A stretch of 64,000 nucleotides of DNA, from positions 128,001 through 192,000 of the forward strand of contig CAWEJX010000008.1 in NCBI GenBank assembly GCA_963809485.1. The letters are read 5' to 3'. A model generated the notes under the pieces. That model saw only the letters and a list, made by a program, of their open reading frames with translations. It was not told the DNA's origin and searched no databases. This DNA comes from an uncultured Acidobacteriota bacterium (GTDB taxonomy: Bacteria > Acidobacteriota > UBA6911). How positions within the stretch are numbered: the stretch's first letter is position 1; each line of letters begins with the position of its first letter. This document shows positions 9,074 to 21,390 of this stretch, one piece after another. The translations under genes and the position numbers were made by a program.

Positions 9074-12000
9074 ATGGCACAATTTTTTATCCAGCGACCA
9101 ATCGTCGCAATCGTCATATCCATCCTGACCGTCTTGTTCGGGACCATAATCATCAGCAGGCTGTCGATTGAGCAGTACCCCTTTCTCGCCCCCCCGAACA
9201 TCCGTGTGACCGCCACCTATCCCGGCGCATCCGCCGAGGCAGTCGAACAGTCGGTGGCAACCCCGATCGAGCAGGAGGTCAACGGCGTCGATCGACTCAT
9301 TTACATGAAGTCCTCGAACACGAGCGACGGCCGAATGCTCCTGGACGTCAACTTTGAGGTGGGCACCGACCAGGATATGGCGAATGTCCTCACCCAGAAC
9401 CGCGTTTCGGCAGCACAGGCACGCCTGCCCCAGGAGGTTACTCAGCAGGGGGTTACGGTCAAGAAGCAGAGCCCCAGTATCCTGATGGTTGTCTCGCTCT
9501 TTTCGCCCAATGACTCCTACGACGCCAACTTTCTCATTAACTACTGCGGCATCAACCTGCGCGACCAGTTGCTCCGGATTCCCGGAATTGCTCAGGTGGA
9601 TCTTTTCGGCGGGACCGACTATGGCATGCGGATCTGGATCCGGCCGGACAGGTTGGCCAAGCTCGGCTTGACCCCGTCGGACGTCATTTCGGCCATCAAA
9701 GAGCAGAATCTGCAGGCGCCCACCGGAAAGGTCGGCGCAGCGCCGACGCCCAAGGACCAGATGTTCACCCAAACCGTCAGCGCTCCGGGCCGCCTCGTCA
9801 CCACCGAGGAGTTCGAGAACATCATCGTGCGCCAGAGTCCGGATGGCGAAGTCGTCCGGATCAGGGATGTCGGACGGGCCGAACTCGGCTCGCAGGACTA
9901 CAACTCTTTCGGGCGTCTGAATGGCAAGCCGGGCGGCGCGATGGCCGTCTACCTCTTGCCCGGCGCTGACCAGCTCAAAGCCGCCGAAACGATATACAAG
10001 ACGATGGAGGATGCGAAAGCACTCTTCCCGCAGGACATGGATTACAAGATTGTTTACGACACCACGCCGGCGGTTGAGGCATCGATCCACGAAATCCTGA
10101 AGACGTTTGTCGAGGCTCTGATTCTTGTGACGCTGGTGGTATTCATCTTCCTGCAGAATATCCGGGCGACCATCATCCCACTGCTCACTATTCCGGTTTC
10201 GCTCGTCGGCACTTTCATTTTTTTCCCCGTGCTCGGCTTTTCAGTCAACACCCTTTCGATGTTCGGCTTGGTACTGGCCATCGGCATTGTGGTGGATGAC
10301 GCCATTGTGGTCGTGGAGGCGGTCATCCACCATATTGAGCACGGAAAGTCACCCAAGGAGGCAACCGTTAAGGCCATGGAGGAAGTTTCGGGCCCGGTCA
10401 TCGGGATTGCCCTGATCCTCTCGGCTGTGTTTGTCCCCGTCGCCCTCCTTGGCGGGCTGGTCGGCAGCATGTACAAGCAGTTCGCTCTGACCATCGCGAT
10501 CTCGGTGCTGCTCTCGGCCTTCAACGCGCTGTCGCTGACGCCCGCGCTCTGCTGCATGCTTCTCAAAAAGCCGCGTCCCATGCGCGGGCCGCTGGGCGTT
10601 TTCTTCCGTGGCTTCAACAAGGTCTTTGATGTCACCACCAACGGCTATGTGAGTATGTCTCGCCTGCTTGTGCGCCGGGGGATTCTCACGATCGGGATCG
10701 TCGCCGTCGTAATCGTCGGCGCCGGTCTTCTTTGCGGGCAAGCTCCCGGCCGGATTTATCCCGGATGAGGACCAGGGGATTTTCGGAGTCAATGTCCAGC
10801 TTCCGCCCGGTGCTTCGCTCGAGCGCACCAGCTTGACGCTGAAGAAGGTCGAGGACATCCTCTCGAAAATACGAAGAGATCGACTCCTTCCAGACTATCG
10901 GCGGGTACGGAGTGGTCACCAATACCTATCAACCGAACTACGGCTCCATTTTTGCGCGGCTGAAGCCATGGGAGGAAAGGCAGGAAGAGGCGCAGAAAGT
11001 GAAAGGAATCATGGCGCAGCTGCAGCGGGAATTCGCGCCCATCCCGGAGGCGACCATCTTCCCATTTAACATCCCGACCCTCTCCGGTTTTGGCGCCGCC
11101 TCAGGATTCAACTTCCTCATCCAGGATCGCAGCGGCTCCATGAGCATCCAGGAGATGGGCCAGGCCACGCAGAAGTTCCTCGCGGCAGGAAGGCAGCGGC
11201 CGGAACTGGGGAACCTCTTCACCTCCTTTGACCCAAGGTACCCCCAGGTCAAGGTGGAGCTGGATCGGGAAAAGGCGCGCACGGTAGGCGTCCCGATCAA
11301 CGAGGTTTTTCAGGCCATGGCCACCGTCATGGGAGGAAGCTACGTCAACGACTTCAACCGTTTCGGACGGCTCTATCGGGTTTACGTGCAGGCTGACGCG
11401 TCGGCCCGATTGAAGGCCGAGGATATCGGCAAGGTCTATGTCCGGTCGAAGTCAACCGAACAGATGATCCCTCTCTCCACGCTGGTCACCGTCAAGGATA
11501 TCTCGGGAACTGAGTTGACAACCCGGTTCAACCTGCTGCGTTCCGTGGAAATCCAGGGGGCGCCCGCCCGCGGTTACACCTCCGGACAGGCTTTGGCTGC
11601 GCTGGAGCAAGTCTTCGCAGAGACCTTGCCCAAAGGAAATGAGCTTTGCCTATTCCTCGTTGTCCTACCAGGAGAAGGTAGCCCCGCCTGCCGCGCCCAC
11701 TTTCATCATGGCCATCCTGTGTGTGTTTCTGCTGCTGGCCGCGATGTACGAAAGCTGGCGGCTGCCCTGGGCAGTGCTCCTGGGATCGCCGCTGGTGGCG
11801 TTGGGCGCCTTCCTCGGCGTCTGGCTGATGGGGTATGACAACAACGTTTACGTGCAGGTCGGACTGGTCATGCTGATCGGCCTGGCGGCCAAAAACGCTA
11901 TCCTGATCGTGGAGTTCGCCAAGGCAAAGCATGAGCAAGGTTCTTCCCTCGAAGAGTCGGCGCTCGAATCGGCGCGCTTGCGTTTCCGCCCGATTCTGAT

Positions 12001-12241
12001 GACGGCCTTCGCCTTCATCCTTGGGGTCGTGCCGCTGATGCTTGCGAACGGCGCCGGGTCGGGCGCTCAGAATGTGATGGGCACTGCGGTGTTTTGGGGC
12101 ATGCTGATCGCAACGGCGCTTGGCGTTTTCATCATTCCCGGCAACTTCACCTTCGTTGAGGGGCTTGGCCGGAAACGATCCGGGACCGCAGATACGGTGG
12201 ATATGCCGGGAAAGCAGCCCGTGGAGGAGACACACTTATGA
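9074..12241 (+). CDS. RND efflux permease (HAE1, AcrB/MexB-like), split by frameshifts
   Basis: FFIQRPIVAIVI, GIVVDDAIVVVE, GLAAKNAILIVEFAK and LRFRPILMT across ORFs 9074-10768, 10912-11838 and 11639-12241. Confidence 0.92.
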
Positions 12242-13639
12242 ACTGGAAAGCATATAGAGCATTTCTCGCTTCGCTAGGCTTGTTACTGCTCTTCGCGGGC
12301 TGCGCGGTTGGGCCCAAATATACGCGGCCGGAATATCCCGTCCCGGCTGAACATCGCTCCGAGACGGCTTTGCCTGCAGCCGCTCCTGCGGCCGCAGCGC
12401 CGACTCTTGGGGATGTGAAATGGTTTGATCTGTTTCGCGATGAAAAGCTGCAGGAATTGATCCGGACAGCCCTGAAGGATAACTACGACATTCGGATCGC
12501 CGCACAGCGGGTTCTTGCCGCCCAGGCTTTCATCACGGTTGAGAAGTCTGCGCTGTATCCTTCTTTAAACGCAGAAGTCAGTGCGGACCAGCAACGAGGC
12601 GTCAACAGGGGCCTAAGCTCAGTGTTCGGCGGCGGAACGGGTCTTTTGGGAGCTGGACATATGGGGCAAAATTCGCCGCCAGACCGAGGCGGCCCGGGCG
12701 CAGTATCTGGCACAGGAGGCCGTTCAGCAGGCCGTGATTCAGAGCCTGGTGACCGGAGTGGCCAGCAGTTACTTTCAATTGCTGGAGTTGGATCAGGAAC
12801 TGGAAGTTGCGCAGCGGTCTCTCGCTTCCCGCCGTGGTTCCCTTCGGTTGGTGCAGGCGCGAATGACAGGGCGGAATCGCAAACCAGTTGGAGGTCGATC
12901 AAGCCATGAGCCTGGTGGCATCCGCAGCGGCAACGATTGCCGATGTGGAACGCAGGCGCGAGCAGGCGGAAAATTTCCTCAGCACCCTGCTAGGCAGCAA
13001 TCCGGGACCCGTGGAGCGCACCAAAAAGCTGGGTGATCAGAAGCTGGCGCCGGAAGTGCCCGCCGGATTGCCTTCGGCGTTGCTGGATCGGAGACCTGAT
13101 ATTCGCCAGGCTGAGCAGTTGCTCGTGGCCGCCAATGCCCGCGTCGGAGTGGCTAAATCCCTGTTCTTCCCGTCCATCAGCCTCACCGGGTCAGGAGGCT
13201 ATCAGAACTTTGACATCCGCAATCTGTTCTACACCAGATGGACTGGCATATAGCTACGGCGGCAGCATCACACTGCCCCTTTTTAACGCAGGCAAGCTTT
13301 GGGCAAACTATAAAGCATCGAAAGCCCAGCGTGAAGCGGCGATCCTGAGCTACCAGAAGAGCATCCAGGAGGCGTTCAGGGACGTGGCCGACTCGCTGGT
13401 CGGTTATCAGAAAGCCAAGGAATATCGAGCTCAGCGCGAACTTTTCGCTCACCACGCTGCGAGACCAATTGCGCCTCGCGGATATGCGCTATCGCGGGGG
13501 CGTCTCCAGCTATCTGGAAGTGCTGGATACCGAGCGGCAGGCATTGGATGCAGAACTGTCGTATGCCCAGGCTTATCTGGGCGAGTTGAATTCAGTCATC
13601 TACGTGTACAAAGCGCTGGGAGGCGGCTGGATGCCATAA
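12238..13639 (+). CDS. RND outer-membrane lipoprotein (OprM/NodT family), split by frameshifts
   Basis: LFAG-C-AVGPKY lipobox, PAGLPSALLDRRPDIRQAE, and terminal YKALGGGW. Confidence 0.88.
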
Positions 13640-13762
13640 ATAGCAGTTGCCCGGCTTTTCACTCCGCAGCAAAGGAAGCGGGCACCGGTTTTCGACGGAT
13701 TTCGCACGCGATGAGATCTTTTGTAGCAGAGCAGCCTGAAAATCCTGCGAGGGGATTTCGCA

Positions 13763-14470
13763 ATGAGCAATATTGTAACCAGTCTGGCGGCCAGGACCGA
13801 TGCGGTTGCGGATGCCTATATCCGGAAACGGTATGCTGTCCTTTTCTACTCGCTTCTGCTTTACCTTTGCAGCTTCTCCGCTGCTGGCGGCTCTGCAATG
13901 GAAATCAACCTTCATCGAGTTGCTGCTGGCTGCGACCCTTCTGATAGCCGTGCTTCCGCTCCGAACCGTCAGCGTGCGGTGGACTCTCTGGATCTTGTGG
14001 CGCTGGCCGTGGCCGGACGGCTGTTCTCTGCATCCTTTGGCCTAAACTTCTCATCGTTGAATCTGGGAATATTCACGCTGGTGGGTTTGCTGGCCGCGGT
14101 CAATGCGCTGCGTTTCACCTTGCGGGCCACCTCTATCGATAGTGCACACATTTACGCCGCGCTCAGCGCGTATCTGCTGGCCGGCATTTCCTTTGGCATC
14201 CTGTATTGGGTGGTGGAGCACGCCTGGCCGGGTTCTATGTATTATGGAGGTGCAAATGTTGGCGGCTTCACCACAGCGGACGGCCTCTATTTCAGTTTTG
14301 TGACTCTGGCGACGCTCGGCTACGGAGACTTCGTGCCTAAAACCGAAGTAGCGCGGGGTCTTGCGATCCTCGAGGCGGTTGCAGGACAGTTATATCTTGC
14401 GGTGATGGTGGCGCGGCTTGTCAGCCTTTATGTATCGGGAAGCTCCTCTAAAAAAGAATCTGAATCCTGA
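13763..14470 (+). CDS. Two-TM potassium channel (Ion_trans_2) protein, probably with one frameshift near the 5' end
   Basis: LYFSFVTLATLGYGDFVP selectivity filter and GQLYLAVMVARLVS inner helix. Confidence 0.85.
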   Translation: MSNIVTSLAARTDAVADAYIRKRYAVLFYSLLLYLCSFSAAGGSAMEINLHRVAAGCDPSDSRASAPNRQRAVDSLDLVALAVAGRLFSASFGLNFSSLNLGIFTLVGLLAAVNALRFTLRATSIDSAHIYAALSAYLLAGISFGILYWVVEHAWPGSMYYGGANVGGFTTADGLYFSFVTLATLGYGDFVPKTEVARGLAILEAVAGQLYLAVMVARLVSLYVSGSSSKKESES

Positions 14471-14604
14471 GGCATGGCGGGCCGAAACCGGAAATGCACA
14501 ACCGCCGCGGAATCCAAACGCCAACGGCAAAAACATATCCGTTCTGATACAAAAACGCTACGATCTCGCTGGAGACGTCAAGGTCCGGCTGCCTCACGCC
14601 TATT

Positions 14605-14670
14605 TACCTTTCAGCGTTCATCCGCGCAGTTGTCAGCGCATGTCAGCATTGGAAACCCCCTGTCAGACTT
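14605..14670 (-). repeat. Degenerate remnant of the CGCTGA repeat family
   Basis: ttcagcgttcatccgcgcagttgtcagcgcatgtcagcatt...ctgtcagact. Confidence 0.45.
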
Positions 14671-14727
14671 GACAGGTGCTCGTTTCAATTCTGCGCATCA
14701 TATTCTTCCGAGGAAAAGGAGGCATTC

Positions 14728-15831
14728 ATGCTCCATCCCAAAAACCTGCGTATTTTCGCAGTTCTGGCGAGTGCCTTGGTTTTCGCATGGGCCGGGTTTG
14801 CCCCCCCGACTGCGCAAACGGCTGCCATCGGGGAAGATGGCTATCTGGTCCACGATGGCCACGTCCATCTGACCAACTACATCCAGGAAGGTCCGAGTGT
14901 CAGCGACTTTCTAAAAGTCATGGGCACGAAGGTGGGGCGCGCGGTGCTGTTCGGCCTTCCCTTGCAGCAGATGTGGTCGTATGCCAACACGGGCGACTAT
15001 GCGCCGACCTATTACCTGCAGACGGACGCCCCGCTCTATTACTATTCCTTTACCGATGCTTTCATCGCCATGGCGTACAAATCGCTGCCCCGGGAACAGC
15101 AGGAGCGTCTGGACCCGATGATCACCGGCTTCAATCCTGCGGACATGTATGCGGTGGACCACATCCGGCGGGTGCTGAAGACTTTCCCCGGCGTTTTCTC
15201 GGGGATCGGCGAGTTCACAATCCATAAGGAGTTCGTATCCGCCAAGATCGCCGGTGAGACGGCCAGTCTGAAGAATCCCGCCCTCGACAGAGTGTTTGAA
15301 TTCGCCGGCGAGGCGGGACTTGTGGTAATATTGCACAACGATGCGGACGTGCCATTTCCGAAGCCGGACCAGGAGCCGTATCAGATCCTGCAGCTGAGGG
15401 ACTTATTCCAGCGGCACCCGAAAACCACAATTATCTGGGCGCACATCGGATTGGGGCGCATCGTCCGTCCAATGAAGGATCAGCTCTCCATTGTTGAGCG
15501 GGCGCTTAAAAATCCCGCGTTGAGTCATGTATACTTCGATATCTCGTGGGATGAAACGGCGAAGTACCTGGTCGCGACCCCCGAGACGACCCGGGCAGTA
15601 GCCGACCTCATCAACCGCTTCCCGGACCGTTTCCTTTTCGGAACGGACGAAGTCGGCCCGACCGATCAGGCCAAGTACTTGAAGGTTTACGATCTGTACG
15701 CTCCTCTCTTCGCCAGGCTCATCCCCGAGGCGAGCGAGAAGGTCAGGAAAGGCAATTATGAGCGCATCTTCGACGAGGCTCGCCGCCGGGTCCGAGCCTG
15801 GGAGCAAACCAATCTCAAAAGTGCAGAGTAA
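14728..15831 (+). CDS. Secreted amidohydrolase-superfamily protein (Amidohydro_2-like)
   Basis: Signal peptide, DGHVH metal motif, GIGEF, LHND, WAH.G and RFLFGTD. Confidence 0.8.
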   Translation: MLHPKNLRIFAVLASALVFAWAGFAPPTAQTAAIGEDGYLVHDGHVHLTNYIQEGPSVSDFLKVMGTKVGRAVLFGLPLQQMWSYANTGDYAPTYYLQTDAPLYYYSFTDAFIAMAYKSLPREQQERLDPMITGFNPADMYAVDHIRRVLKTFPGVFSGIGEFTIHKEFVSAKIAGETASLKNPALDRVFEFAGEAGLVVILHNDADVPFPKPDQEPYQILQLRDLFQRHPKTTIIWAHIGLGRIVRPMKDQLSIVERALKNPALSHVYFDISWDETAKYLVATPETTRAVADLINRFPDRFLFGTDEVGPTDQAKYLKVYDLYAPLFARLIPEASEKVRKGNYERIFDEARRRVRAWEQTNLKSAE

Positions 15832-16134
15832 GTATCCTCCGGCAGAGCCGGAGGCTTTACGGATGCTGGCCCCTCAAAGGGGCCTGATCGCAACCGATAA
15901 AAGATGCAACCGGTTTCATGCGCAATAAACATCTTTAAAGCTTTTTGAACCGCAGAATGCCGAATAAAGAATGATGAATTTCGAGGTCTTAACTTCTGCG
16001 GTTCGACATTCGATATTCAGTATTTCGCGGGGCTTATGCTCTTGGTTGCTGTCAGAAAACCGGGGAAAAGGCATGCTTCAGCATTTGTCAAACTGATGCT
16101 GCCCCATCGGCAGAGCCGGGGGATCTCCCAATGG
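15828..16134 (-). mobile_element. Second subfamily of non-autonomous IS200/IS605-end element
   Basis: gtaagtat-cctccggcagagccggagg-cttt, a ggcccctcaaaggggcc hairpin, and tgtcaaact...cggcagagccgggggatctcccaatgg at the other end; no ORF. Confidence 0.75.
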
Positions 16135-16323
16135 ATGAGGGCTTTTGAGTTGTATACACGAACGCTGAAAGGCTCCAAGCACCGAAGGATCCTTCGCTGT
16201 CAAAACTGACAGTGGCAGAGAAAATGAGGGCAACCCATCATATCGATGTCAGGAACTGTCCACGAAGTGTCAAGCCATCATCTATTATCGGATCTTTATG
16301 ACGGGGGAAGGATTGGAGGAACC

Positions 16324-19065
16324 ATGGCTAAACAGGAAATTATCGACGTAACGGAACAAAAGCGGTTGAATGAGGCACGAGAAAAGGGGATCCCGTGGAA
16401 AAAATGGGGGCCCTACCTCAGCGAGAGGCAGTGGGGCACGGTCCGCGAGGATTATAGCGAGGACGGCAACGCGTGGGATTATTTCACCCATGACCAGTCG
16501 CGCTCCCGGGCTTACCGGTGGGGCGAGGACGGGCTCGGGGGGATCTGCGACGACAGGCAGCGGCTGTGCTTCGCGCTTGCGTTGTGGAACGAGCGCGACC
16601 CCATCCTGAAAGAGCGCATGTACGGACTCACAAACAGCGAGGCAAACCATGGGGAGGACGTGAAGGAGTACTACTTCTACATCGACAGCACTCCCACGCA
16701 CTCCTATATGAAGTATCTGTATAAGTATCCGCAGCGCGAGTATCCCTACCGGGATCTTATCGAGACGAACCGGAGACGGTCGCGGGAGGAATTCGAGTAC
16801 GAACTGCTCGATACGGGCGTGTTTGACGACGACCGGTACTTTGACGTGTTTGTGGAGTACGCCAAGGAAGGTCCGGAAGACGTTCTCGTCCGCATCACCG
16901 TTCACAATCGGGGGCCGGAAGCGGCCCGGCTTCGGCTTTTACCGACGCTGTGGTTCCGAAACACATGGTCCTGGGGCGAGGATAATCGAAAGCCTTCTCT
17001 GCGCCAGGCTGCGCCCGGCGCCATTCAAGTCTCCCATCATGAATTGGGCGAGTACTGGCTCTATTGCGATGGCGCGCCGGAGCTGCTCTTTACGGAAAAT
17101 GAGAGCAATGCCGACCGTCTCTGGGGCCAGCCCAATGCTTCTCCCTACGTCAAGGATGGGTTTCACTCATATCTCATATCGGGACAGGGCGAGGCGGTGA
17201 ATCCTGCCAAGGCGGGGACCAAGGCCGCAGCCCACTACGCGCTCGAAGTGCCTGCGGGTGGCAGCAAAACGGTCCGCCTGCGGCTGGCAGCCGCCCCTTC
17301 GAAGGACGCCTTCCGCAGTTTCGATGGGACGTTTAAGAGCCGCATCGGAGACGCGGACGAATTCTACCAGAGGATCACGCCGCGTTCGCTCAGCGAAGAT
17401 GAGCGCCGGGTGCACCGACAGGCGCTGGCCGGAATGCTATGGAGCAAGCAGTTCTATCACTTCGACCTGGCGACATGGCTGCGCGAGCACAACAGTCATC
17501 CGCTGCTTGAATCCACCCGCCAAAATGTACGTAACACGGAATGGTTCCATATGCTGAATGCCGACGTGATTTCGATGCCGGACAAGTGGGAGTATCCGTG
17601 GTATGCGGCCTGGGACCTGGCGTTCCACACGATCGCCCTCTCGCTGGTGGATTTCGATTTTGCCAAAGAGCAGTTGCTGCTGATGCTTCGCAACCTGTAC
17701 TTCCACCCGAGCGGCCAGATTCCTGCCTACGAGTGGAACTTCAGCGACGTGAATCCCCCGGTGCACGCCTGGGCTACGCTCTGGCTGTATAAATACGAGA
17801 AGCAGCTGGGCCGGGCGGACCTGCGGTTTCTGGAACGGTCGTTCCAGGGCTTGATGCAGAATTTTAACTGGTGGGTGAACCGCAAGGACCCGTCCGGGCG
17901 CAACGTGTTCGCGGGAGGATTTCTGGGATTGGACAACATCGGCATATTCGACCGGAGCGCGCAGCTTCCAACGGGCGGATCGCTGGAACAGGCCGACGGC
18001 ACCGCCTGGATGGCGTTCTACAGCCAGTGCATGGCGGAAATGGCCCTGATTCTGTGCGATTACGACTCGATGTATGAAGAGGTCGCCTTCAAGTTCTTCC
18101 AGCATTTTATGCAGATTTCCTATGCCATGGACCGCATCGGCGTTCACCACGACGAGATGTGGGATGAGGAAGAAGGATTCTTCTATGATCTGCTGCGGCT
18201 CCCCAACGGCCAAGCCACGCGTTTGAAGGTGCGGTCTCTGGTTGGACTGCTGCCGTTGTGCTCCTCAACCGTGCTCGAGGCGGATGACTTGACGCGACAT
18301 CCGAAACTCATGGAGATGATCGCCCTGTACCGGAAACGTCATCCGGAACTGGTTTCGCAGGTCGCCCCGACTGACGAGGGTTTCATCGGCTACAAAGGAC
18401 GCCGTCTGATGTCGATTCTCAACAAGAAGAAGTTGGAGCGGGTGCTCGGTTACATGCTCGACGAAAACGAGTTTCTCGGGCCGCACGGAATCCGTTCTGT
18501 TTCGCGCTACCATCTGGATCACCCGTTCTCCTTCTGGGTGGGTCACGAGGAGTACAAGGTCCAGTACCTGCCGGCTGAATCAAATACGGGAATGTTCGGC
18601 GGCAACTCAAACTGGCGCGGTCCGGTGTGGATGCCCGTCAACGCGCTGATTGTCCGGGCGCTGGCGAACCTGTACACCTTTTATGGCGACGAATTCAAGG
18701 TTCAATGCCCGACCGGTTCAGGACAGTACAAGACGCTGTTCGAAGTGGCGCAGGAGCTTGTCCGCCGGCTGGCGGGCACATTCCTGCGTGACACCAACGG
18801 AAAGCGGCCGGTCCATGGTGGAACGGCCAAGTTCCAGGAGGATCCGCATTGGCGCGATCTGATCCTTTTTTATGAATATTTCCATGGCGACAACGGAGCG
18901 GGTCTCGGGGCCAGCCACCAGACGGGGTGGACCGGCGTGATCGCCCCCCTGATAGACCTGTTCGGGCGTATCGATGCTAAGACCTTGCTCGAGACCGAAC
19001 GCGGGCGCGTGTTTGCCAGGGTTATATCGGAGCAGGTGGGCGGTGAACGGATGAGCGGGAAATAG
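16324..19065 (+). CDS. MGH1-like/GH63 glucosidase
   Basis: [40 protein letters not shown] and [20 protein letters not shown]; GGAGGA RBS before ATG 16324. Confidence 0.9.
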   Translation: MAKQEIIDVTEQKRLNEAREKGIPWKKWGPYLSERQWGTVREDYSEDGNAWDYFTHDQSRSRAYRWGEDGLGGICDDRQRLCFALALWNERDPILKERMYGLTNSEANHGEDVKEYYFYIDSTPTHSYMKYLYKYPQREYPYRDLIETNRRRSREEFEYELLDTGVFDDDRYFDVFVEYAKEGPEDVLVRITVHNRGPEAARLRLLPTLWFRNTWSWGEDNRKPSLRQAAPGAIQVSHHELGEYWLYCDGAPELLFTENESNADRLWGQPNASPYVKDGFHSYLISGQGEAVNPAKAGTKAAAHYALEVPAGGSKTVRLRLAAAPSKDAFRSFDGTFKSRIGDADEFYQRITPRSLSEDERRVHRQALAGMLWSKQFYHFDLATWLREHNSHPLLESTRQNVRNTEWFHMLNADVISMPDKWEYPWYAAWDLAFHTIALSLVDFDFAKEQLLLMLRNLYFHPSGQIPAYEWNFSDVNPPVHAWATLWLYKYEKQLGRADLRFLERSFQGLMQNFNWWVNRKDPSGRNVFAGGFLGLDNIGIFDRSAQLPTGGSLEQADGTAWMAFYSQCMAEMALILCDYDSMYEEVAFKFFQHFMQISYAMDRIGVHHDEMWDEEEGFFYDLLRLPNGQATRLKVRSLVGLLPLCSSTVLEADDLTRHPKLMEMIALYRKRHPELVSQVAPTDEGFIGYKGRRLMSILNKKKLERVLGYMLDENEFLGPHGIRSVSRYHLDHPFSFWVGHEEYKVQYLPAESNTGMFGGNSNWRGPVWMPVNALIVRALANLYTFYGDEFKVQCPTGSGQYKTLFEVAQELVRRLAGTFLRDTNGKRPVHGGTAKFQEDPHWRDLILFYEYFHGDNGAGLGASHQTGWTGVIAPLIDLFGRIDAKTLLETERGRVFARVISEQVGGERMSGK

Positions 19066-19074
19066 GGAGGGAAT

Positions 19075-20557
19075 ATGCCGGATCTTCGCTATCCTTCACT
19101 GTATCAAATCAACACGCGCGTCCTGCTGACGGAACTATCCCGGAAGTTGGGCCGGGCAGCGACACTGGATGACGTTCCCGATACCGAATTGGATCGTCTG
19201 GCGGAGGCAGGATTTGACTGGGTCTGGTTCCTGAGCGTTTGGCAGACGGGTCCCGCCGGACAGCAGGTTTCGCGCGCCAACACCGAGTGGCGCAAGGAAT
19301 TTCAGGAGACGCTGCCGGACTTGCGGGAAGAGGACATCGCCGGTTCCGGTTTTGCGATCACTGCCTATGCCGTCCCGGCTGAACTCGGAGGCGATGGCGC
19401 CCTGGCTCGCTTGCGCCACCGGCTTGCGAATCGCCATTTAAAGTTGATGCTCGATTTTGTCCCGAATCACATGGCGCTGGATCACCCGTGGGTTGAGAAT
19501 CACCCGGAGTATTTTGTCGCGGGGACAGAGGACCTGCTGGCGCGGGAGCCGCAGAACTATATCCGGGTCAAACGGAAAAAGGGAGACTTGATCCTGGCTT
19601 ATGGCAGGGATCCATATTTTTCCGGCTGGCCCGATACCCTGCAGCTCAATTACGCCAATCCACAGCTGCAGGAGGCGATGATCCATGAATTGCTGAAAAT
19701 CTCCGGCCAATGCGACGGCGTCCGATGCGATATGGCGATGCTCCTTTTGCCCGAGGTTTTTGAGCGGACGTGGGGGCGCCGGCCGGAGCTATTCTGGCCG
19801 AAAGCCACACAAAAAATACGGGACCAGCACCCGGATTTTTGCTTTATGGCCGAGGTCTATTGGGATTTGGAATGGACCCTCCAGCAGCAGGGATTCGACT
19901 ACACCTATGACAAGCGCCTCTATGACCGCCTGCGCGAGGGTCACGCCCGGCCGGTGCGCGAGCATCTTCACGCGGAGCTTGATTATCAGACGAAGCTCGC
20001 GCGTTTTCTGGAAAATCACGACGAACCTCGCGCCTCTGCCACTTTTGATCCCCTCGTTCACCGGGCCGCCGCCGTGATCACCTATTTCATACCCGGCCTG
20101 CGTTTCTTCCATCAGGGGCAGTTCGAAGGCCGGAAGAAACGCATTTCACCGCATCTCGTTCGGGCACCCCAGGAATCTCTGGACAAGGAGCTTGAGGAAT
20201 TCTATGACCATTTGCTCGCCATCCTGCGGAAGCCTGTCGTGAAAAGCGGGCGAATGGCAGCCGCTGCCTTGTCTGGCGGCCTGGGACGGAAACGGATCAT
20301 GGGATGCATTCGTCGCCCATTCCTGGCTGGGATCCGGCGGGGAACGGATGCTGATCGCTGTGAATTACGCGCCCCATCCCAGTCAGTGCTATCTCAACCT
20401 GCCGTTTTCTGAAATCAAGAACCGTTCGGTCCGGCTGAAGGATTCACTCGGCTCCGCATGCTATATCCGTGATGGGAATGAATTGCTCGAGCACGGACTT
20501 TACCTCGATCTGCAGCCCTGGTCGTATCATGTTTTTGACGTGGAGACTATCCAGTAA
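19075..20557 (+). CDS. GH13 alpha-amylase family protein, frameshift near 20255
   Basis: LDFVPNH, DGVRCDMA, AEVY and ENHDE catalytic motifs; the C-terminus lies in ORF 20348-20557. Confidence 0.88.
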
Positions 20558-20603
20558 GAGCGGTTGCACTGGAAACAATGAAGCAATGATTCGTCGTGAA
20601 GTC

Positions 20604-20791
20604 AGGCTTGAAAGATTGGAACCGCTCAAAGCGGTTGGAGGAGTTACGCTGGTCTTGAACGCTGACTTACGCCGACCCTCGCCGAACAAATCTGCGTTTG
20701 TCAGCGCTTGGTCAGCGTATCTCAGCGTTTCAAAATACGGAGCTGTCAAACTCTCTGAGTCCCCCGGCAGAGCCGGGGATTTACCAATGGA
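20604..20791 (-). mobile_element. IS200/IS605-end element, short form lacking the right-end hairpin
   Basis: Near-identical to the reverse complement of 53872-54060. Confidence 0.85.
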
Positions 20792-20826
20792 ATAAGTGTT
20801 TTAACCGCTTTTAAAGCTGGTGTAGA

Positions 20827-21357
20827 GTGGCTAAAACATCCTTCATAAAAAGTCGCCGCACCACCCTCGTTCTCGCGGGCCTCACTCTGCTCGCGCTCCT
20901 GCTGTCGGTGCCCGGTTCCCTGCGTGATGCCTTCAACAGGGGCGGGATTTACCTGTTTTCCAGTGCGTTCTTCGAGGACATTCCAAAGCGGCTCGCCGGC
21001 CCGGGCCGATTCCGCTTTATTCTGCAACCTTTGATGGCTATCATTCTCGGGGTTCTCAATGGATTAGAAGATGCGCGCGCAGGGAGACCGCCGTATCTTT
21101 ACGGAATGCTTTTCCGCCGGGGCCTTCGGCGCGATCTGGTGAAGACGGGCTTTTTGACGATTGTAAATCTTCTGCTGATGGGCATCCTTTTGGACGCTGT
21201 TTTTCAGCGTATCATTCTGGGAACCGCGCATCCTTTCGCCGCGCTAATTATAGGACCGGTTCTGATTGTCACGCCTTACGCGATTGCGCGCGCTCTGGCG
21301 AATCGCGTGGCGCGGCGGTCGAAGAAACAAGCCACAAAGAACCGGGAGAACCAGTGA
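20827..21357 (+). CDS. Hypothetical membrane protein
   Basis: 176 aa ORF with several hydrophobic segments (GPGRFRFILQPLMAIILG...), co-oriented with mscS. Confidence 0.7.
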   Translation: MAKTSFIKSRRTTLVLAGLTLLALLLSVPGSLRDAFNRGGIYLFSSAFFEDIPKRLAGPGRFRFILQPLMAIILGVLNGLEDARAGRPPYLYGMLFRRGLRRDLVKTGFLTIVNLLLMGILLDAVFQRIILGTAHPFAALIIGPVLIVTPYAIARALANRVARRSKKQATKNRENQ

Positions 21358-21390
21358 CCTCCGTGGCTGCTTTACTTTGGAGAACACCCG

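Noticed and set aside
8585-10090. Long antisense ORFs (8585-10090, 33167-34333, 49763-50851, 47495-48421)
   Set aside because: They are shadow frames opposite well-supported genes in GC-rich DNA and show no recognisable motifs.
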